Shown piece by piece: positions 50,400-61,720 of a DNA stretch of 64,000 nucleotides. This stretch comes from Callorhinchus milii (taxonomy: Eukaryota), in contig NW_024704743.1 in assembly GCF_018977255.1 (NCBI RefSeq), positions 93,126,001-93,190,000 of the forward strand, in the 5' to 3' direction. A model generated the notes under the pieces. The model saw only the letters and a program-made list of their open reading frames with translations. It was not told where the DNA came from and did not search any database. Each line of letters begins with the position of its first letter. Position 1 is the first letter of the stretch. The translations under genes were made by a program, and so were the position numbers.

Positions 50400-52163
50400 T
50401 TCTCTCTCTCTCTCTCTCTCTCTCCTGCTCTTAAAAAAAACACTCCAGACCATTCCTATCTGAGTTCCTAAGCAAAGGATTTACGATTCCCTCGTGGAAT
50501 CTCATAACGGGTTGGCGTCGGATATATAGATACGGTTACAAGAAAGAATCGCATTTGGGGGGGGGGGGGGAGAGCAAGAAAAAAAATAAACTCTGGGGAA
50601 GAAGACAGATGTTATCCCGTGGAAGACAGTGAGTTATCTCAGTGACGAGATGACTTGTGCAATCCAAGGGCTGCCCTGAGTAACCCCGTATCGCGTTCTC
50701 TGACTCTCTTTCCTGATTTCATTGCAGGCGCTGTCCTTCTCGGTCCTGATCAACATGACCCGGTGTCACGATGGTCCACAGCTTGTTGTAAGGGTCGCTT
50801 TCTGTGCAAAGCACAAAACCAACCCCCCTCCACCCACCCACCCACCATCCCTCTCTCCCATCCCCCGAATCACAGAGGGCAACATCGCCTGGTGAAATGC
50901 AATCGGCTGCACACTTACCGTGAAGCAATCCGAGGCGATGCCCTTGGACCATGTCTGATTCTTATGCAAAGGGGCTCCAATCCAAACTAATTCCATTTAA
51001 GCTATAACGTGGCTAACAGGAGTGATGAGAGATGGGATGGGGGTTCGGGATCAAAGCAGAGAAAACAAGATCACCCACGTTCCAAGTCGGTGTAAAACAA
51101 CGGGGGGGAGAGGAGAGAGGGGGGGGGGAAAAATCCAGGGGAGTCTTTTTTTTCAAAAAAAACTCAACCCCAAAAACTAATCACCAGTTTCGCCCAGAGC
51201 CTCGGGCAGATCACAATATTCCCATGATTTCCACACAAACGTTTCCACGATCCCTCGCTTCTTTTGATGCATTAAAGGGATTAATAGGTCCGTCATCAGC
51301 CCTCTGATCGCTCCACCTTTGCAATCTTCTGGGAGCCGCCGTACAAAAGGGGAATTACTCCTCCTTCAAAGCCTTATTTAACAAAATCCTTTTTTTTAAA
51401 AAAAAACACCCCCCCCACCACCACCACCACCACCACCACCACAAGCAGAGAGATCCATCCAAAACCCCACGGATAATGCAAGATCAAAAGGTTTGGCATA
51501 AACTTGATTAATATCCCCCCACCACCAGCACTACCCCACTTGAATTCGCAGATCCTCCAACACAGATCGCTCTTTTTTCTCCCTTTTTTTCTTTTGCTGG
51601 ACGTGTTTTGCATCGGATTGGAGACTTCTCTCTGGCTCTCTCACTCTGGTCCGCGACAGCCCATTTCAGATCACGGTTCTCTCCAACATCCCCCCCCTCC
51701 CCCCCCCCCCCCCCCCACCCCCCACTTCCCTTCTCTCGGAAGGTTTGCAGAAATCATAAAACAAAGTTCATTCCTTTTTTTTTAATCCAAGAGACGAGGT
51801 TCCCACCGCAGATCGGGAAGGCAACAAGAAAAATAAGACCTTACAGTCACATGGCGACGAATTCGTAATTTTTGTTCCCCCCCCAAAAAAAAAATTGCTA
51901 AGGAATGCATAAAAATCTTTTGTCGACGAATTTTTTTTTTGGGGGGGTGGGGGTGGGGGGGGGTTGTGCACAAAAAAAGAGGAGACACACAAACACGCAA
52001 ACACACACACAGCAACAACAACAACAAACACACACACACACACACACACACACAACAAATAAAATGCAAACCCAGCCGAGGATCGGATCAGGCTTCACAT
52101 TTGCGGCAGGAAAGGTAAAAAGATAAGGAGGAAAACGGGTTGTGGCGACAGACACATAACTGG

Positions 52164-52194
<31 letters not shown>

Positions 52195-52432
52195 GATGGC
52201 AAAGACGCCTGGACGCCAGTAAGTTACTGCAGCCAAGAAACTGTGCAGCTGCAACCTCGGAACATGGAGGGATCCTCAGCAAATGCACATGAATTTTTTT
52301 GGGGGGGAAAAAAATATTAGTAGGATTCAGAGGCGCAGTCTTTACGCCGATCTCTCTGTGTGTGTGGTGTGTGTGTGTGGATCTCTCACTCTCTCTTTGC
52401 AGCCACCACCAGCACCAGCAGCAGCAGCAGCA
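50400..52432. repeat. Cluster of simple repeats around exon 1: (CT)n, poly-G, (CCA)n, poly-C, (CAA)n/(CA)n, (GA)n, (CAG)n
   Basis: Seen directly at ~50400-50424, 50557-50570, 51415-51442, 51690-51723, 52010-52053, 52162-52196 and 52400-52432. Confidence 0.95.
50919..50952 (-). CDS. NETO1: NETO1 coding exon 1 (34 nt, MVQGHRLGLLH + phase-1 G)
   Basis: ATG in strong Kozak context (cagacATGG); donor CACG|gtaagt. Resembles human NETO1 N-terminus MIHGRSVLH and splices in frame to exon 2. Confidence 0.88.
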
Positions 52433-53539
52433 AAAAATAAAGAAAGGTTGGCAATGAACTGAACCAAAGAGGACAAGAGCGCGGGTTATTGTGATTTTTG
52501 AGAGGAATCTCAAGCTGCGACTGGAGGAGGTTTGGCCGCATGTTGGGAGGGAGCCGCCAATAACACAGTGAGTCACACTTGGTGACTGGCGGTGTGTTGG
52601 GCGCTGGGGGTCAGTCAGCATTGCCCGCTGGCAGGGAAGGTGCAGATCACTGAAGGGCTTTCGGTGTTCAGATTTCTGTTCAGATTTAACGTGTGTCTCC
52701 CCCACACACTGTCCACTGCTCAATAAACCCAGCGCTGCAGTGCCCCCGCGCCTTCACTGCCATTAAAACCCACACTCATGAGACCGATCTGCCAATTCAA
52801 GATGCACTTGTTGACCTTCTAATCTTTTTTTTTGTATATATTAGAAATATCCACTGATAAGCTCTCGTCCCCGCCTTTTTTGCACAATCCAAAGCCAATT
52901 TTTTTTTTTGGTTTTGTGTTCTTTTTTTACGAAAAGACAACGTTATTTCGCGTCCAAAGAGAGCACCAACCAGTTGGTCAGCTGAGTGCTTGGAAGTGGA
53001 AGAAATGCTTAGTTTTGCAAACGTTTGGGTTTGGAAGGGAGTTTCTGTTCCATTGCAATGCCGCTCACGTTCGGTGGTGCAGAGTTGGAAATGTAAGATA
53101 ACGTCCACTGTGTGGCTACTGTCCCGATCCTCATTGCTCATCCCTCCCTCCCGACGTTTGCACCGACTTCCCCACCAGTCAGGAGAGTTCACCAGTCAAC
53201 AGCTTCGCTGCAGTGAATGCAACAGCCCAGAGTAAAGAACAGTGCACATTAAACGGCGAGCACACAGGGTTGTGTCTGCTGCTGCATTCAATGTTGGCAC
53301 AGAATGGACAGATCATTTTGGTCGGAAGTGGGGAGTGAAGAATCCACTGCAGGGGAAAAAAAATGTTGCAACTTGTGCTATTCCTTTTCTCACCTCAAGG
53401 TCCCCACTGCCCGGAATAAACGACAAAACGAGTCGCAGTGTAACTGTGTCTCACTTGCTTTTGTTAAAATACACCGGTAGAGAGTTCACCCACAATCTGC
53501 AATCGTATCTGATAGAAGAATTTCTGATTCACTGAACAC

Positions 53540-54025
53540 ATGGAACCAATCCTTTAGATGAAAGATAAGGGAGTTTCTCCTGGCGACCCAGCCAGCAATC
53601 CCTGAAGGAATAAAAAAAATGGTCTTTCACTGCATGGATGTTGTGAGACATTGTGGCACAATTGGCTGCCACATTCTCCTACAAAATACACAGTCACTAT
53701 ACTTTACAGTTAACGCTGTGAGTTGTTTATCATCCTTACATTTCATGTAGCACCTTATCATGTTGTCAAAGCATCTCAAAGCGTTTCGCAAGATTTGTTA
53801 TAAATTGCAGTGACTGTATTTTGTCGGCAAACGTGATGAGCCAATTTGTACACAGCAAGTCATGAAATACAAAAAGTGAAGGGGAAACTCAATTTTCTTT
53901 TCTAATGGTGCCAGGATCTTTAGTGTCTACCTGAACAGGGAGAAGGGCCTCAGTTAAATGTCTCAACCAAAGGCGGACACCTCAAATAATGCACTGCATT
54001 GGAGAATCAGCCTGGTCTATGTAAG
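53540..54025. mobile_element. Two Deu-SINE fragments tail-to-tail (53540-53720 plus; 53730-54025 minus)
   Basis: Match to 16585-16885 and 30355-30765. Confidence 0.7.
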
Positions 54026-54261
54026 TTCATTGGAGGTTCACCATGATGCGACTAAGCCATCATCCTACAGTGCAGCAGCCTCTCTGTGAAATGTTGGTTT
54101 GCCCTCATTCATTATATTGTGAGAATCAGAGCTTCCAGTTTATTGAGGGCAACAGCTGTTGGCGAAACATGCGGAAAACACATACAACTGTATGGAGGAA
54201 AATCAACATTTTTCTCTATCATTGGAATAGTCGTTGTTCATTGCACACTATGGTGAGGAGA

Positions 54262-55355
54262 TAGAGGCATCAGTTGATGTAGTTGTACTGCTTGGGATAG
54301 ATAATGGCTCCCAGACAGCAGTGGACTAAATATTGCTTGAAATTTGCCTGGTGGTATTTCTTCCTACCTATATTTTATGACAATACTTGCATATAATAGA
54401 GTCATTTCACCTTGAAATGTTTAAAAACCTTCTAACAATGGACTTTGACAGTAGAAAATGTGGCAAGTCTATCTTGCGAATTTCCAGAAAGCCAATAAAA
54501 CTAGAAAATATTCATCCTATGATGAAGGAAAGCAGTAGAACTATAGTTGGAAATAATATTCTATTAGCCTTAATAGTTTGAAACTAATACATTCAATCAC
54601 CAGTAGCACATGAAAGATTCCCTGTTTTAAAACAACCTAATAAATTAATCACTGACTAAGGCTATGAAAGGCAATTTCAGAATAAATACTAGGAAGTAAA
54701 TACAGTAAATAATAGCTGAAACTAAGAAAGGGTGGTTAAGACCAGTAAACTCTGCTTATTTATGAAGCAGCTTGATACTATAGTAAGAAGGTTGGTAGGG
54801 TAGGAGACCAGCATGAGGAGACCAAATGGGATCTTTTCCATCTTTATGCCTCTTATGATTCTGTGACCACATTCAATCTTAATTTTTGGAAAACTACAAA
54901 CTTTTCTTTGAAATTGCACCACTGTATCCTTAATATCCATTAGAACATGGAGACAGAATCTCAGACTGACAACGATGAACTCACATTATTAATAATCATT
55001 GTAGGTACTCTATCGTATGCACTGTACAGACCAGATGATCACACACTGCAGTAAGAAAACACAACTGTTATTGCATTGTATATTTTATATTGTCATGAAG
55101 TGCAGTGAATTACACTGTTGTGATATGCTATGTATACAGTATATGCAGACTTGCCACATTTCCTACTGTCAAAGTCCATTGTTGGAAGATTTTTAAACAT
55201 TTCAAGGTGAAATGGCTATATTATATGCAAGTATCGTCATAAAATATAGGTAGGAAGAAATACCACCAGGCAAATTTCAAGCAATATTTAGTCCACTGCT
55301 GTCTGGGAGCTATTATCTATCCCAAGCAGTACAACTACATCAACTGATGCCTCTA
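54262..55355. repeat. Long inverted repeat: arms 54262-54470 and 55147-55355 (209 bp each)
   Basis: Manual alignment gives 7 mismatches and no gaps; spacer is 676 bp. Confidence 0.97.
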
Positions 55356-55490
55356 CCCCCTCCTCGCTCCCTCCCTTCCCTCCCCTCACCCTGACCATTT
55401 CCCCCCTGCTCGGGTCCTGACCCAACTGTCCAGCGCCTTGGGACGTCCTCCCGACGTGAAAGGCGCTCTATAAATGAAATCTTGTTGTTG
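55351..55490 (+). mobile_element. L2 3' end fused to the right arm of the inverted repeat
   Basis: cagcgccttgggacgtcctcccgacgtgaaaggcgctctataaat...(TTG)n. Confidence 0.93.
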
Positions 55491-55529
55491 TATGCATAAT
55501 CACACCATGCATATCACACCAGGATACTT

Positions 55530-57030
55530 AGTAACAAAGTAACATTGTAAAATAGCAGCAGGAGCAGGTCATCCAGCACATTAAATCTGTTCTGCTATTC
55601 AATTAGATCACAACAAATCTTCTAATCCCGTTTCCCAGTCTTTTCTCTATGTTCCTTACTTCTGAACTGTCCGTAAATGAGTTCTCACTGGCACTTTAAC
55701 TGTGGCAGTATTTCCTTGTTTTTCTATTCCAGGCCCCTTGTTATAAATTCTATCACCTCAGTGGCGCTGACAAGAAAAGTCAGATTTGTGAGACATGATT
55801 TACCTTTCATAAAACCGTGTTGACTCTCCTTCATCAATTCATATTCATCCAGATTCTCAGTTACTCTGGTAACCAAGTTTCTTGAAATCATGTATCTAGT
55901 TTCCTCGCTTAGTTATTCACTTCCCTTACCTGAGGATGGAAATAATCTAGGCATGTCTGACTCCAGTGCCACTCATTATACTAATCCCTCCAATGCCACT
56001 AGTTATATTAATTTGTCACCTTGATTGACCCCTAAATATTCTCTCTACGTTCAGGTTTTTAAAGTGAAAACTGAAGCAAAATATTCCTTTACCAGTTTTG
56101 CCATGACCTTCTTTCAATTTGTTTTTAATGGACTCATCTCCTCCTTTACCACTCTCTTGATTTCTAGACGCTTTGTTTATTTTGTTGCACTTTTGCTTCT
56201 GGATCAGAAGGTTGTTCATTCAAACTGCTGTATTGGGACACTAACATTATCTAATGAGTTGGGGGTGAATTGCATTGCCAAAGCTGTTGTCCTTCAGATG
56301 AGAAAATGTTATCTTGGTCAGTTGATTTACCAATTAACATTTCTTCTCATTTTATTTTAGTAAATTATTTCTCATTTCTTCAACCTTGGCCTCGTTTAAG
56401 TTCAGCATTCAGATTTGTGACCTTTGTTTCTCCCCCTAAAGGCTGATATGGAGTTCAGTCTTATTACTGTCACTACAAAGATGCTTTCTTCCTTCCAGGT
56501 TGCTAACAATTTCTGGCTCATTACTCAACTAAATTGAATATGGCTTAATCTATTATTGGAGTTAAGACATACTTTTTCACAAAAATTATCCCGTATGCAT
56601 TCAATAATTGTTTCTATTCTAGTTGTACTACTATTCATCTCCCAATATACATACAGTTAAAACATCCCATTATCACCATATTATTTTTCTTACAATCTTC
56701 CCTGATTTTCCTGTACATATAGACCCCTATAGAATTGTCAGAGTTGGATGGTTTATAAAAAAAGCTTACCGATGCTTTACATCCTATAATCTTTTGCATT
56801 TCAAACTACAATGATATAACCTGCTGATACATCGCTTTCAACTGCTATGATTGTGCCTTTCATTCATAACCTTTCCTGTTTACCTGCCTCAGTTCTTATA
56901 TTCAGCTTCCAATTTTCTCCAAATTGCACGCAAATTGCTATTACATCATACTCCTGCAGATTGATTTATACTTCTAATTCTCCCATTTGCTTTGTAATAT
57001 TTCTGGCATTGGTGTAAAGGAACCTTGTGC
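55530..57030 (-). mobile_element. Old, heavily deleted CR1 LINE
   Basis: Minus strand reads LYTNARNITKQMGELE (APE start) at ~57020, and QHGFMKGKSCLTNL at ~55780-55820. Confidence 0.8.
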
Positions 57031-58888
57031 AATGCTATAAAAAGGCAATGTATACACACCAGTTATTATGAACACTAATGTATTACCATACTTGGTACTA
57101 CACATTTACACGGCATTAATGGATATCAAGGTAAAACAGTATTTTACCAAGTTAATGTTATACCTACACAATGCAGTCAGAGTTCAGAATATAGTAATAC
57201 GCTATTTGAAAAGAGAAAGTAGACAATAATGCGCCAGTTAAATTGGTAGTCACCTCCTGCCTGTGGGACATTGGGACGACCTCCTGATGTGAAAGGCGCT
57301 ATACAAATGTAATTTTGTTGCTGCTGTTGTTGTTGCTGGATAAAAATTGACTACCGCATTCACTTGCAGATATACAGTCACTTCAATTAACATTAATTTC
57401 TATGAAGCCCTTTGAAACATCCTCCCGATGTGAAAAATGCAGTATCAAATGCAAGGATAACTATTACGTTTACGGTTGTGTAATCTTAATAGTAATGGTC
57501 TGATAAAGAATCTTCTTGCTTGGGGCCATGCTCGGCCTACCCCCCCCCCCCGCGCCCCCATCTATTGGATTTTGTTCCTCCCATACGAATGTCTGTAGAA
57601 TCAATTCAGAAGTTAAGAACATTAGCCAAATATTGCTACATACCGTGTACTGGCTACCAGTTGGTTTTCATTTTAAGACAGATTGTCAGCCCTGGTGATA
57701 TGAAATTCAATATTCCTTCCTCTGTGTAAAATTTCGATCAATGTCGACCCATTGGTGCATAAGTTAGAAAATACTGTCTCCCTCTTAGATAAATATTGGA
57801 AGAAAGATTACTGATATCTACATAGCCGGATTGTGTTTTCTTTGTGGTGTTGATTTGGTTCCGGGTGTGCACGTCTTTCAGCTGACAAAAAACCCAAACT
57901 TCAACGCTATATTTTCAGCACCAGAGAGAGATCAAACTCTTAGACCAATCACATGTGTGCACCTACTTTTACCTCTACTCTCATCTTTAACAAGGTAATA
58001 AATCATTATTTGTTTTTCAGTTCTGTGTAGCCGTGGATGAAATTGCTCTGGACAGGGTACATTATGTATGGTCCACTACATCTTTATGTGTATATGCTGG
58101 GAGAGGGGGGAGGTGGGGAAAGGTGTCATTGAAAATATTTATTCAGTTTTTTATTTTGTTTTGAAATCACTTTTCAAATTGTCATTAGTTCCACGAGAGT
58201 AATGTGGACTAAATTATATGTCACCTCGAACTACATTGTGCAAACATAATGACAGAGAAAGGTGGTGGGATATAAATTGGATTCTTACAAATTTGTCAAC
58301 TCCAAACACTGAAGCTTAGCAAATATTGAGTGTGGATAAGAGATAGCTTCAAATTAATTAAATGGATGCGACCTATCAAACGGTTTAGGATCATAATCCA
58401 AATTTAGCATTCCTGAGGCTTTCTTGTTCATTCATTCAGTAGCTCTGTGCTCTTCATACAAGGCAGAATCACAAATCTGGAAATATTAAATACTTGTTGT
58501 TTAACCTCACATTGAGCCCCCTTGAGGTGGGGAATCAGTGAAGTTGATAAGTACAAAAGTTAATGATCTTAGCCCAATGGGAAATAGTCAGGCCTCATTA
58601 GCAAAGCCATGACATACGACTTGGAAGCCAAACAGAGCCATGTGTCCGCTGATAAATTACTTTCTTCTTTAAACACGTCTTTCTAAATGATGTCTAGGGA
58701 TTCCCACCTGGTAAGTACAAGTTAGCATATTAATTTGTTGGCAACACCGCAGAAGGTTATGTATACCCACCTCTCTGAAAGTTTCTTCTTGTGTCCTAGC
58801 CAAATTCCTTCAGGTAAAATTGGTCATTCACTTCACGGCTCTTTTGGAGACAATACTGCGAGCAAATTGCTGCTGTGGCTAAATTATA

Positions 58889-59501
58889 CAGTACAGCTCA
58901 CATAAGTTTCATATTTATAGATCGTATAATTGTCTAAGTCGTATATTCACCTAAGTCCCATTAACTTTCCTATCAAAACCACTTTGATTTATTTGCACTA
59001 CTCGTATTAATTACCTCCTGACTTGTTATGCTGCTTCATTACTCCCACACATACTGGTGCTTTGAATCACGGGAAGTGACATCCTGACCCAGTGACACAT
59101 GTCCACTTACCGTCCGGCTGCATTGAATCCTGGAAACGTATTCTTGATCCACTGATGTATGCGCAGAAAAGCTTCATTTCTGATGGAATCACTTAATGCG
59201 ATTCCAATGCTTGCTGGTAAGTTCGCATGCAGTGATGAGTCGAGATGCATTGAATCACAGGAAATGTAGTCTTGACCTGTAACCCCACGAGCACTTACCG
59301 ATGCAATGATGAACTATTGCATGCATGCTTACAACTGCATCGAATTACACATGCGCAGTGTAGATTATCGATTAAATTGGATGTTATATGATTTATACAG
59401 TTTCCCTGCACCTCGTACTTTGGGTAAGTCATGTTAAATGTTGTGGTCCCGACTGATACGACCTACGTAAGTTTTACCGTATTTCATCTTGAGCTGCATT
59501 G
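58889..59501. mobile_element. Putative non-autonomous DNA transposon (Tc1/mariner, Tigger-like) inserted in a SINE
   Basis: TA|CAGTACAGCTCA ... TGAGCTGCATTG|TG imperfect TIRs; SINE tail halves at 58815-58888 and ~59545-59600. Confidence 0.55.
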
Positions 59502-61324
59502 TGAAACATAATCATAGAGAATGGTGCAAGATAAATTGAATTATTACAATTTTGAAAGACTTTAACGACATGATAAGGCACTGTATCAAATGCAAGAATT
59601 AGTGTTCTATTCATCATAGATGAGTTTTGACATTAATTCAAATTTGGCTTAGTTCTTTTCAGCTTTTTATTTAATGCAAAACCTCAGGACTTTCCAAATC
59701 CAAAGTTTAGAAAGCAATTGGGTGTGTGAATTGGCTGCTGTGAAAGTCAGTGCACAGAAAGTCTAAGTGAACCATCAGTGAAAGAAATGTACCGGGTTTC
59801 TCGCTGCAGTTGATTCTTGCTGAGATGTACATAACAGGTCACATTGTGAACGAGTGACATCCTGCATGCAGCATGACACAGCAAACAGACTGACTCTTAT
59901 GGAATCACAAAGTGATTTGTAACCAGTGAATCCCGCATGTGTTGAGGATGATCCTCTGGAATGCCCATTTCAGTCCTGACTTTCATGATGTCATTGTCCA
60001 AGCAGAATTCCAGAGGATCGGATTCACCAGATCTGGGATTAGCTAGTTATGAATTCCTTTGACCTCAATATTCTTTGTGGATGCTCGGAGGTCCCAGTGT
60101 CAAAGACGCTGAGGGAAATGGTGACCTGGCAATGAAGACTGACTATAGAGGGTTTCCGAGGTTCTTGGCACAGCAGATTGAAAGCCTAGTCACAGTTCCT
60201 GGTTCAGCCTGTGCACTGCCCCTCGGTACTGATTCAGTGTCATATCAAGGCAGCTAACTCTGCTACAATAGACTCACTGCCTGTGATAGTACCTACAACC
60301 ACTTGTAAACATTTAAAACCCTCTGTACTTCTCAATCAGCATTTCTTTCTACTCTTCCACATGCATATGTATGCTACATTCATACATAGTTCAAAATGCT
60401 CAGTCACTGCACTTCACAATAATATCCTGTGAAGCGCTTTGAGACATTTTCCCAACTTGAAAGACAGTGTATCAAAAAGCAAGGATTATTATTATATACT
60501 CCCTGTCACATAAATTCTGCACTCCTCTCTGGTCACAAATCCCATTTCCAACTCCAAGTGATTGTCTTCATTCTTCTCACCTTGAGTGAAATATCAACAT
60601 TTTTAATGACCTTTCTCAGTGCGGACATTGCGGACAAATTCTTAAGGACTTTGATGGCTTAATTTGTTTTTATTTGTAAAAAAAATAATATTTTAACTAA
60701 TATGTGCAAATAGGGGAATTGTGGATTAATATACTCAAAGTCTTACAGCACAGAAATCCATTACGCCCATTGGGTCAGTGTTGGCTCTTTGAACAAGCAA
60801 TCTAATGAATTCCATATTGTGCTTTGAAGTTCACTTTGTAAAATGAAAGGCAATAGTTCTCTTTATGACCTGAATACGTTAGTTTCAATTTATTTTGTAC
60901 ATTCTGCAAAATTTAATTCAAAAGTAAAATGGAAACACTTTTACACATTAGCAGCAATTGGTACTATTGAGGGCATTCTCCAAATTAAAACACAGTGGTA
61001 TTATACTGTGGTTACAACATGCTGCAGTGTGGCAGTATGTTGCACTGAGGTATCTCGTTTCACAGCTTCTATATAGCCTGCAGCATGTTGCTGTGGTACA
61101 TGTATTGCCAATGTCAACAACTGCTTATTGTCTGCTATTGTTACTCTCTACAGACATGAAGTTGCAAAAGTGGTGTCAATTATTTTCTTAATTGCTCTGC
61201 GAATCCCGCTATCGTTTCAGTCTGAAGTCATAATATAGAGAGAATAATTCATTCCTAGAAATGCTTGCAACTTACTGTACCTAAAGATGAGAAACTAGTC
61301 CTGAAATAACAGGTCAGCAATTTT

Positions 61325-61720
61325 CCCCAAAATTTTCTCCTTCCTCTAGTGAAGGCAGTGATTCATACCAAGGTATAATTTCACAGGATCTGGCAGTCTT
61401 CTGGTATTTAACCTAAATGTTCATGAGTCAGCTTGGACAATCAATAATGGCAAATGTTCAGCTCAGAGTGCCATCACTGTGTAGATCCTGCTCTCACCCA
61501 TTATATAATCTGAACTTTCCAGCAGGGGTCATTGGGCACTGATTGTGAGCAACAAACCTGATTAATTTTGTTATTGTATTAATTTTTCCTACCCATACCC
61601 AAAAAACGTTTTGTTCCCTCGAGTACTCTTTCTGAGATAAGCAAACTTGCGCACAAGAACAATTAAACTGTCCTGGTTCCTATTGTCAGTGAAACACTGC
61701 ATCAAGCATTGCCCCATTTA
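61325..61720 (-). mobile_element. Ancient SINE, AmnSINE2-like
   Basis: actttccagcaggggtcattgg and ttttctccttcctctagtgaaggc blocks match my recollection of AmnSINE2; second copy at 46105-47100. Confidence 0.55.

Larger units (their letters stand above)
50400..53450 (-). promoter_or_regulatory. NETO1 CpG-rich promoter / 5'UTR region
   Basis: CpG is visibly retained relative to the flanks, TEs are absent, there is a CCAAT at ~52557 and a GC-rich patch at ~52740, and it lies directly around and upstream of exon 1. The TSS cannot be determined from sequence. Confidence 0.7.

Noticed and set aside
51768..52723. Several Cys/Val-rich ORFs, including one of 211 aa
   Set aside because: Products of microsatellites and GC-rich promoter sequence; no recognisable domain.
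57913..57933. RE1/NRSE-like TTCAGCACCAGAGAGAG, and CAGCACCTTGGGAC in L2 tails
   Set aside because: Only the left half-site fits well; the right half or spacing deviates, so it is unsupported without a PWM or ChIP data.
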